A DNA stretch of 37,350 nt from a virus. Lineage: Duplodnaviria; Caudoviricetes. The stretch lies in the IMG/VR virus record IMGVR_UViG_3300032212_000076, positions 1 to 37,350 of that record; one strand, given 5' to 3'. Shown here in pieces: positions 9,536 to 16,399 of the stretch. A program made the position numbers and the translations under genes. How positions within the stretch are numbered: the stretch's first letter is position 1; each line of letters begins with the position of its first letter. The notes beneath the pieces were generated by a model. It had not been told where the DNA came from and did no database searches. It worked only from the letters and a program-made list of their open reading frames with translations.

Positions 9536-9934
9536 CTAGGGTAGCAGTGCAGTCATTGGATCGATCTTTGATCCAAACTCACCAAAGGGGTCGTTATCGT
9601 CGTAATCCGCCGCCCATTCGGAGCGCTCAAGCATGTAGCTCCACTTCTGGCGGCTGATTGGGTTTTTCTGAACCGTCGGCCAGACGTCGGACAATTGCTC
9701 GATCCGAATGCCGGCGAACTCAAGAGGCTCATAATCTAGGTTGGTGAAGCCGACCTGGACCTGCCAGCGCGGCGAACGATCCATCGGTTCGAATGTCTCT
9801 GGATCGCGCGGGCGACCGTACCAAATCCGGACAGGAATGTTGACGCGGCCGGAACGCGATAGATCGATCTCGTAATAGCCCTCGACCAAAGCGTCGGTGC
9901 CTTCGCGATCATGGTTATAGGGATCAGGTATCAA
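9536..9934 (-). CDS. hypothetical protein, first gene of the leftward operon
   Basis: TTG start with GAGAG SD; PVRIWYG.P.DP.T.E.MDRSPRWQ; no HTH or S24 peptidase features. Confidence 0.7.
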   Translation of the reverse strand: MIPDPYNHDREGTDALVEGYYEIDLSRSGRVNIPVRIWYGRPRDPETFEPMDRSPRWQVQVGFTNLDYEPLEFAGIRIEQLSDVWPTVQKNPISRQKWSYMLERSEWAADYDDNDPFGEFGSKIDPMTALLP

Positions 9935-9943
9935 TGCCGTCTC

Positions 9944-10053
9944 TCAAAAACTAAAGAAGCGGACACCCCCATCGCACGGGGCGGGGGTAGCACAGACGAG
10001 CTTTGAAAGGTGCCCGCTTCAACCGGTGGTCGTATGCGACGAATCCTCATCGC
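9944..10053 (-). ncRNA. putative structured leader/small RNA (~110 nt) ending in a terminator-like stem
   Basis: Begins 7 nt below a predicted -10. 5' hairpin GCGAUGA-GGAU-UCGUCGC (10053-10036). 12-bp stem GAAGCGGGCACC/GGUGUCCGCUUC (10020-10009 with 9967-9956), then UUUAGUUUUU. Each stem has a G-U pair that works only on the minus strand. Confidence 0.6.
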
Positions 10054-10059
10054 CAGTCC

Positions 10060-10088
10060 GATATGACAAGCTTAAAGCTGGTGCGCAA
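10060..10088 (-). promoter_or_regulatory. predicted leftward sigma70 promoter
   Basis: TTGCGC (10088-10083), 17-nt spacer, CATATC (10065-10060); alphaproteobacterial style. Confidence 0.55.
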
Positions 10089-10117
10089 CCTATTTCTGTA
10101 AAAAGTGGATATAATTA

Positions 10118-10147
10118 TTGACCGTGCCCTAAAACTACGCCTAAGTG
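10118..10147 (+). promoter_or_regulatory. predicted rightward sigma70 promoter
   Basis: TTGACC (10118-10123), 17-nt spacer, CTAAGT; back to back with the leftward -35 across an AT-rich spacer. Confidence 0.5.
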
Positions 10148-10193
10148 TCCAGCAAGACCACCGGCGTCCGCGCCTCAAAAGTAGAAAGTGGAC

Positions 10194-10436
10194 ATGAAAA
10201 CACAGACCGAACATGTGCTGTCGCGCTTCGAGTCGATCGAAGACGCTGCCCAGTCGACCGGGTTTCCGGAGCAAACTTGGTATAATTGGAAGCGTGCAGG
10301 GAGCATCCCGCACAAACACCATCTCTCAATAATCATCAAAGCGCGATCAGCCAGCAAGGAAATCCACCCTGCCGACTTCTATGCGCATTTGGTGGATCAG
10401 CTTTTGGCGCATGTTGCGCCAGAACCAGCCGAGTAA
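10194..10436 (+). CDS. Cro-like helix-turn-helix regulator
   Basis: VLSRF..IEDAAQSTGFPEQTWYNWKRAGSIP is a Cro-type HTH; first gene of the rightward operon. Confidence 0.8.
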   Translation: MKTQTEHVLSRFESIEDAAQSTGFPEQTWYNWKRAGSIPHKHHLSIIIKARSASKEIHPADFYAHLVDQLLAHVAPEPAE

Positions 10437-10453
10437 CGGCGAAAGGAGCGCTC

Positions 10454-10630
10454 ATGGATGAGCAAATCACAGTAACGCGCAGCGAGCTATTCGCTGTGTT
10501 CAAAGAGTGGGAAAATGAAGCCCGCGCCGGAAAGTGGGAAACCCCTGAAAGCGTAGACGAACATGCCCACAATAGCGCGGACGAGCTAATCAAGCGCGTT
10601 CGAGCAAAGCAAGAGAACGGAGAACACTGA
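10454..10630 (+). CDS. small hypothetical protein
   Basis: AAGGAG SD then ATG 10454 (MDEQITVTR...); ends 1 nt before the next gene. Confidence 0.7.
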   Translation: MDEQITVTRSELFAVFKEWENEARAGKWETPESVDEHAHNSADELIKRVRAKQENGEH

Positions 10631-10631
10631 T

Positions 10632-11447
10632 ATGGCACAGTCTGCCTCGAAAGACGCCGTCCAAGCGGCGATGAAACCGCCCGAGTACCGCTCGGCACTG
10701 AAGCGCCTAGCTTCAATCGGCCCGCTCAAGAAGAAGCAATCGCAGGGCGCCAAAAAGATCGACGACATCTACAATGCCGCCGAGACTGTGAACGGTGTTC
10801 ACAAGGCGGCGTCGCAGTTCTTCCTGAAGATCCAAGGAAGCGATGACGCAGAGAAGCTTCGTATCTTCCGCGACATCAATGGTCTGCTTGAAGCTGACGG
10901 CACACCGACATCTGGCGCTGACATGGTCGACATGGCGCAGGGCAAGGAAGTCAATCTGCGGCTCGCGCACGACGCAGACAAACCCGAAGGCATGGAGGAA
11001 AGCGATGTTGGCGACGAGGCAGATGCACTTGAAGGTGACGCCCGAGATGATGAAGGCGATCATCGAGAAGCCGCATCCGACGCTGATGAAGTCGATGGTG
11101 ATGATAACTCCACCGATGGGCAATCGCCCGGGCCTGATGACGGTGCGGATACCTTTGAAGAAGCGGACGAAGATGAGCTTGCTGCTCAAGCGACTCGTCA
11201 AGATATTCAGGCGTCGCGAGATGAAGGTGGAAACGATCACGCTAACGAGGCCGCCGCGTCCGAAGCTGACCGTTCCGCCGATGGACCCGAAGGTGGCGAA
11301 AGCTCTTCAGGTGAAGATGGTTCGGGATCTGAAGCGTCGGCAGGAAACGATGCTGATGCAGGCGATGACCGGCCGCTCCACGAGCGAATGAAAGCTGCGA
11401 CCGATCAGGCTGCGGCTGACAACTCTGACCTGATGGGCGACGAGTGA
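10632..11447 (+). CDS. protein with a GapR/DUF2312-like N-terminus and a long acidic tail
   Basis: IDDIYNAAETVNGVHKAA..FFLKI...DDAEK resembles GapR-type IKEVYAEAK-xNGFDxKAxRxIxRLRKxD; the C-terminal ~160 aa are D/E/G/S/A-rich. Confidence 0.55.
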   Translation: MAQSASKDAVQAAMKPPEYRSALKRLASIGPLKKKQSQGAKKIDDIYNAAETVNGVHKAASQFFLKIQGSDDAEKLRIFRDINGLLEADGTPTSGADMVDMAQGKEVNLRLAHDADKPEGMEESDVGDEADALEGDARDDEGDHREAASDADEVDGDDNSTDGQSPGPDDGADTFEEADEDELAAQATRQDIQASRDEGGNDHANEAAASEADRSADGPEGGESSSGEDGSGSEASAGNDADAGDDRPLHERMKAATDQAAADNSDLMGDE

Positions 11448-12058
11448 GGTTTTCCGCTCTAGCCCTTGATCTGGCTACCACAACGGGGTGGGCGTGGCAT
11501 GCGCAAGGCATGGACCGCCCATTCTTTGGCCACTTCACCTTGCCGGGGAAGCCCGGTGAGGTGGGGCAGCCTGTCGACGCGCTCGAGCGTTGGCTTGAAG
11601 ACTTTTATGAGCAATCCATGAAAGCAGGCGTCCCTGTGACGCATTGGTTCTTTGAGCAACAACACATTGCCAAAAAGATAAACATCGAAACTGTCTACCG
11701 CCTCATCACGCTTGGCGGGACCGTTGAGAAGATTGCATACCAGAAATTTGTAGAGCGGCGCTTGAACTGGCAACAAAACCCATGGTGCTGGTCTGTCCCG
11801 ATCCAAACCTGGCGCAAGCACTTCATAGGTCGCGGCGCTGGCTTCAAGAAAACCGAGGACAAAAAGAGCTATTTGCCCGGGGAAGACCCAAAGCAACTGG
11901 CCGTTGAGAAGTGCGAGTCGTTCGGCTGGCACACGGAAATTCCCGATGAAGCAGAGGCGTGCGGCATCCTTGATTACGGACTGTCGCTCATCGGAGATGA
12001 GAACCACCCTCGCCCATGGCGAGATGATCTTTTGATGAAGGAGCGTGAACGCGCATGA
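11444..12058 (+). CDS. RuvC-like Holliday junction resolvase
   Basis: LALDLATTTGWA, FFEQ, WRKHFIG.G, K, DEAEA.GI give the RNase H-fold catalytic pattern. Confidence 0.8.
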   Translation: MRFSALALDLATTTGWAWHAQGMDRPFFGHFTLPGKPGEVGQPVDALERWLEDFYEQSMKAGVPVTHWFFEQQHIAKKINIETVYRLITLGGTVEKIAYQKFVERRLNWQQNPWCWSVPIQTWRKHFIGRGAGFKKTEDKKSYLPGEDPKQLAVEKCESFGWHTEIPDEAEACGILDYGLSLIGDENHPRPWRDDLLMKERERA

Positions 12059-12867
12059 GCAAATCACCCAAGGCTGACAATCTCCCCCTCCCCCCACTGC
12101 CAGACAAAAAATTCGACATCATCTCTCTGGACCCGCCGTGGCACTTTCGTAGCCGTGCGCCTGTCCAGAACCCGGAAAGTGAGCGTTCGCCGCAAAAGCA
12201 CTATCCGACAATGGATCTCGAGCATATCGCGAAGCTCCCGATCAAAGACATCGCGTCAAAGGACGCCTATGTGTTTCTTTGGATCACCGGGCCGCTGATG
12301 GTCGAGGGCGTCCACAAGTCGCTATTCAAGCGGTGGGGCGTTCGCCCTGTGTCGACAGCCTTCGTTTGGGTGAAGACCAAGAAGACGTTCGACATGACAA
12401 CGCTGGGGGACACCCCGCTGTTTGCGGAAGACCTGCATTTCGGCATGGGTTACACCACGCGCCAGAATGCCGAGTTCGTGATGTTGGGGCGCATCGGTTC
12501 GCCATCGGGCATCCGTAAGGACATCCGCCAGATGATCTTGGCGCCAGTCTCGGAACACAGCCGCAAGCCTGATGAGTATTACCGCCGTGTGGAGCATTTT
12601 GCCCGCGGTGAACGCATCGACATGTTCGCAGGACGCGAGCGCGAAGGCTGGACGTCGTGGGGTTGGTCCCATCGCGAAGAAGAGCGCACCGAAGTCGCGC
12701 ACCCCGTCCGCAAGGGCGTGCATGGAAAATGCCTGCGCTGCGAGGCCACTGGTCCGATCAACAAGCAAGGTGCCTGCGAGGCTTGTGGCCCTATTGGTTG
12801 CCCCGAAACGTCAAGGGATCCCGCAATCAAATGTGACCACTGCACATGCTGGAAGAATGACGCATGA
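12055..12867 (+). CDS. MT-A70-family adenine methyltransferase with a Cys-rich C-terminus
   Basis: DPPW, HYPTM, FLW.T, FVWVK, GMGYTTR.NAE, EHSRKP, DMFA.R..GW..WG. Confidence 0.92.
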   Translation: MSKSPKADNLPLPPLPDKKFDIISLDPPWHFRSRAPVQNPESERSPQKHYPTMDLEHIAKLPIKDIASKDAYVFLWITGPLMVEGVHKSLFKRWGVRPVSTAFVWVKTKKTFDMTTLGDTPLFAEDLHFGMGYTTRQNAEFVMLGRIGSPSGIRKDIRQMILAPVSEHSRKPDEYYRRVEHFARGERIDMFAGREREGWTSWGWSHREEERTEVAHPVRKGVHGKCLRCEATGPINKQGACEACGPIGCPETSRDPAIKCDHCTCWKNDA

Positions 12868-14321
12868 CGGATGGTGATCGCCTCATAAACATAACAGCGG
12901 AAGGCGCCCTGCTTGGCGCCATGCTGCTGAAGAACGATCTGGTCCAAGAGCTTGCCGACAGGGTTTCTACCGAAGACTTTGCCGATCCGCTTCATGGTCG
13001 AATTATGAACGTGTTGTTGCGCTTCGCTGGTGCTGGTAAACCCGCCACCGCGCTGACAATCCGGTCGGTGTTCAAACAGGACAGTGAGGCTCAATATGGT
13101 GAATATCTCGACACGCTCGTTGAGGCACCCGCTGCTGCACTCGCAGCGCCGTCTCTTGCAGACCAAATCGCCGACCTTAGTGCGCGAAGAAAAGCCCGCG
13201 AGGCGATGCGGGAAGGCGTTGTCTCTCTCGAGGAAGAGCAAGATCGAGCGGTAGATGACATCTGCGGCTCGGTTGAAAGTGTCGGTCACGCCGCCGCGAG
13301 TAGGACTCGAGTCGACATCGCCTATGACGCTGGTGATTACGCCGGCATGGTGCTTGAGCGCTATAAGCGCATCAATGATGACCCTAACGCGGCTGGCTTA
13401 AAGAACGCGCTCGTCGAAGAATTCGACATAGGCATGGGCTTGTTCGAACGCGGGACTTACAACATTCTCGCAGGGCGGCCCGGCATGGGAAAATCATCGG
13501 CAGCATCATCGATCGCGCTGGGGTACGCCATCAATGGGCATCCCACGCTTTTCCTGAACCACGAGATGAGCGCAGAACAATGCGCAATTCGGAGCATGGC
13601 CGACACCGCGTCTGCCATGGGTTACGAGATGACCACGACAGCAATGCGCAAAGGCCAGTTGTCGCGTGAAGACTTAGAAAACTTCGCCAAGGTTGAAGCC
13701 CGCGCTGGGCTGCTACCTATTCGCTTCATCAACCCGGGCAGGTGTGATGTGAAGCGCGTTCGATCCCTCATCGCGCAGCAATGCGCTATGTGGAAGGCCA
13801 GAGGCTCTGAATTGCAGGTTGTCGTCGTTGACTATCTCGGCTTGCTCAAAGCGAGCTACCCTGATGGGCGTGAGATTGTTCGTGGATATGAGCGGATGCA
13901 GCACGTCAGTCAGGCAGTGAAAGACATCGCTGCTGATTACAACGTCGCCCTCATTGCTCTGGCGCAGCTTTCCCGCGCCGTCGAGCAGCGCCCTAACAAG
14001 CGACCAATTCTGTCCGACCTGAAGGAAAGTGGCGATCTCGAGCAAGACGCCGATTCGGTCTGCATGCTCTACCGCGAGGAATACTATCTCGAGCAAGAGA
14101 AGCCCAAGCAGGGCGAGAAGGGCAAAGACGGCACCAATTTGTATGAAGAATGGGAGAACGAGATGCACGCATCGCGCAACAAACTCGACCTGATCTTTGC
14201 CAAATGCCGACACAACCGCACGTCGACACAGACGGCTAAATTCTATCCGGAGATCTCTTCGGTACGATCGGGTGAATTCAACAAATATGACATCGGCCAA
14301 GAAGAGCCGTTGCTAGTGTAG
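12864..14321 (+). CDS. dnaB: DnaB-family replicative helicase
   Basis: AE.ALLGA.L, Walker A AGRPGMGKS, EMS, Walker B VVVDYL, AQLSR.VEQR..KRP.LSDLKESGDLEQDAD. Confidence 0.96.
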   Translation: MTDGDRLINITAEGALLGAMLLKNDLVQELADRVSTEDFADPLHGRIMNVLLRFAGAGKPATALTIRSVFKQDSEAQYGEYLDTLVEAPAAALAAPSLADQIADLSARRKAREAMREGVVSLEEEQDRAVDDICGSVESVGHAAASRTRVDIAYDAGDYAGMVLERYKRINDDPNAAGLKNALVEEFDIGMGLFERGTYNILAGRPGMGKSSAASSIALGYAINGHPTLFLNHEMSAEQCAIRSMADTASAMGYEMTTTAMRKGQLSREDLENFAKVEARAGLLPIRFINPGRCDVKRVRSLIAQQCAMWKARGSELQVVVVDYLGLLKASYPDGREIVRGYERMQHVSQAVKDIAADYNVALIALAQLSRAVEQRPNKRPILSDLKESGDLEQDADSVCMLYREEYYLEQEKPKQGEKGKDGTNLYEEWENEMHASRNKLDLIFAKCRHNRTSTQTAKFYPEISSVRSGEFNKYDIGQEEPLLV

Positions 14322-14330
14322 GAGGGTAAG

Positions 14331-15335
14331 ATGGCGTTTGAAGTCATGGCTCTCATCTCATGCCGCCAGGTTAAGGTCTGGAACGAGATGGTGAAGCCAA
14401 TTCAAAAGGAACATGAAGGTTCGGGCCGCAACCTCAAGTGGGTTATGATGGCGCTGGCTGATTATTCCAACAAGGAAGGGTATTGCTACCCATCTGTTCG
14501 GTCCATTGAGCAGTTCACGGGATTGTCAACGCGGTCTGTCCAGCGTGCATTGAAGCAGGCGGACAGGATTGGCCTCATCAGGATCCGTCGGCGCATGGAT
14601 TCGAGCAGTGAATACCTGATTGATCTGGAACGGCTGCCCTTCATCTCGACCAAGAGAAACCCAAAGCAGCCCGGCCCCCACCAACAATTCTTTGAGGACG
14701 TCGACATGTTCGACATCCCACCAATCGATGTCACTGATGTCGATGAAGACGTGGCTGGCACCGGTGTCACGGTGGCGCCTGACCCATGCCAGACTGGCAC
14801 CACCCCGGTGTCAGGGAGTCATCCACCCCCCGCCACAGTGGCACCCAAACCTATTAGTGAACCAGTCATTGAACCAGTGAGTGAACCGGTCAGCGCCGAA
14901 ACGGCGCGCGCCAACGGCTGGGGGCTAGGTCGTTTCATTGAAGTCAACTGGCAGCAGCTTAAACAGGAACACCCGCACATTGCAGGCATCCGAAAGCTTA
15001 CCGACACGATGTTGGATAACGCTCGCACTCGAGCAAAGCAGCACATGAATGAAGGAGAGGACGCTATCGATGTTTGGGCAGCCGTCTTCGACAACATCCG
15101 AAACTCTCCGTTTTTGCTCGGCAAAATTGCACCGGGCCAAGGCAGAACGAATCGCTTCAAGCTCGCGATGAGCAAGATCCTGAAGCCACACATCTTCGAA
15201 AGGACTATCAATGGGGAATACCTCGCCAGCGCAACAGACCGCTTTGATCCAGACACAGGAGAAGTCGTGGGGCCAGCCGCAACGGCAGCAAGTTCGACAG
15301 TCGATCGCATTCGACAGGCTGGTCAACGAAGCTGA
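14331..15335 (+). CDS. phage replication initiator (N-terminal winged HTH)
   Basis: MMALADYSNKEGYCYPS...TGLSTRSVQRAL; central Pro-rich linker that carries DNA repeats; GGAGG SD. Confidence 0.85.
   Translation: MAFEVMALISCRQVKVWNEMVKPIQKEHEGSGRNLKWVMMALADYSNKEGYCYPSVRSIEQFTGLSTRSVQRALKQADRIGLIRIRRRMDSSSEYLIDLERLPFISTKRNPKQPGPHQQFFEDVDMFDIPPIDVTDVDEDVAGTGVTVAPDPCQTGTTPVSGSHPPPATVAPKPISEPVIEPVSEPVSAETARANGWGLGRFIEVNWQQLKQEHPHIAGIRKLTDTMLDNARTRAKQHMNEGEDAIDVWAAVFDNIRNSPFLLGKIAPGQGRTNRFKLAMSKILKPHIFERTINGEYLASATDRFDPDTGEVVGPAATAASSTVDRIRQAGQRS
14763..14892. repeat. probable replication origin: four palindromic iterons at 22-bp spacing plus three 12-bp repeats
   Basis: Cores TGTCAcggTGGC (14765), TGCCAgacTGGC (14787), TGTCAgggAGTC (14809), CGCCAcagTGGC (14831); then TGAACC(A/G)GT three times at 12-bp period. 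Confidence 0.75.
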
Positions 15336-15729
15336 CGAAGACGCCATTCGATCATCTTTGCCGGAACGAGCGGTCCTTCAGCAAGCCTTGGACGGCTGGG
15401 CGCAGGAAGCCTCGCCGCTTGCTCAACAGCCCACAGCGCACATCGAGTCGTTCGTAATGCAGGACTTGGCGGGCTTTATGGCGTTGGCATGTTGCCGTAT
15501 GTCGCCAGAGGCTCGCAAAGAGTATTCCGACCAGGTTGTCTTGGAATTCGCCAATCTGCCATTTTCTCTGCTAACAGATGCCGTGGCGACCGCTCGCCAG
15601 TCTATCTCGTTTCCGGAGAAGCTTGTGCCGTTTGTCATCGAAATCATTGAAAAGCGACAGGCCAAACTCGCCGAAGAAGGTCGCGTTTTGAAAGAACTCA
15701 CGCGGATCGCTGATGGCCGACAAGACTGA
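15211..15729 (+). CDS. hypothetical protein downstream of the initiator (possible loader/accessory factor)
   Basis: AAGGA SD before ATG 15211; helical protein in the position of lambda P; start uncertain because of a 125-nt overlap. Confidence 0.6.
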   Translation: MGNTSPAQQTALIQTQEKSWGQPQRQQVRQSIAFDRLVNEADEDAIRSSLPERAVLQQALDGWAQEASPLAQQPTAHIESFVMQDLAGFMALACCRMSPEARKEYSDQVVLEFANLPFSLLTDAVATARQSISFPEKLVPFVIEIIEKRQAKLAEEGRVLKELTRIADGRQD

Positions 15730-16399
15730 CGAAAAGCGCCTCATTGACGTCAATGCGCTGCTGAAGAAAACCCGCAAAGGGCAGGTTCTCTCGCTGCAAG
15801 AGTGTGCGGATATTTGGGGAGTGACCAAGCCGCGCTTTGTGAACAAGCGCAAAGAAATGGATTTCCCCGAACACGTCTCGGTCAAAAACAACGCGCATGT
15901 CTTTGATCGTCGCGAGGTTCTGAAAACGATGAAGGCGTTTCTCGAGCGCCACGAAAAGGCGGCCGAATCGAAAGCCGAGCGACTATCAAAGCTGACCGGT
16001 GCGCCAGATCAGATGGCGTCCAACATCCGCGGTGATTTGTCGATCGCGGAATTGGCGAAGGCCAACCAGATGCGCGCCCAGTTTGAGCAAGAGGCAATCG
16101 AGCAAGGCAAGCTTGTACTTGCTGAAGACGTGTCATTTGTCTTAGGCGCTGTGTTCTCTGAACTGTCAGAATTCATGTCGAACTTGTCGAACTTCATCGA
16201 TCCGCACGGGCGCTTGCCGCCAGAATTGCGCAAGATGGTCGACAAAAACGGTAGCGATCAGCTACTTTCGACACACCGCAGGCTGAAAAGGTTCCTAACG
16301 AGCGATGCTGTCGACAAACCAACTGGAAAGGCAGCTAGAGGATCTAGCAAGCGGAAGGCACCTCGCCGACGCAAGACAAATAGCAAGCGGAAGACTTGA
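15713..16399 (+). CDS. terminase small subunit (Nu1-like)
   Basis: HTH SLQECADIWGVTKP...FP...VFD, coiled coil, GKLV motif; precedes the large subunit. Confidence 0.8.
   Translation: MADKTDEKRLIDVNALLKKTRKGQVLSLQECADIWGVTKPRFVNKRKEMDFPEHVSVKNNAHVFDRREVLKTMKAFLERHEKAAESKAERLSKLTGAPDQMASNIRGDLSIAELAKANQMRAQFEQEAIEQGKLVLAEDVSFVLGAVFSELSEFMSNLSNFIDPHGRLPPELRKMVDKNGSDQLLSTHRRLKRFLTSDAVDKPTGKAARGSSKRKAPRRRKTNSKRKT

Noticed and set aside
9944-10053. Structured region as a tRNA or known riboswitch
   Set aside because: No cloverleaf, T-loop or CCA, and no aptamer I recognise. An Rfam search is still needed.
10047-10357. Minus-strand ORFs over the control region as a hidden repressor
   Set aside because: They overlap the Cro-like gene and promoters and show no HTH pattern.
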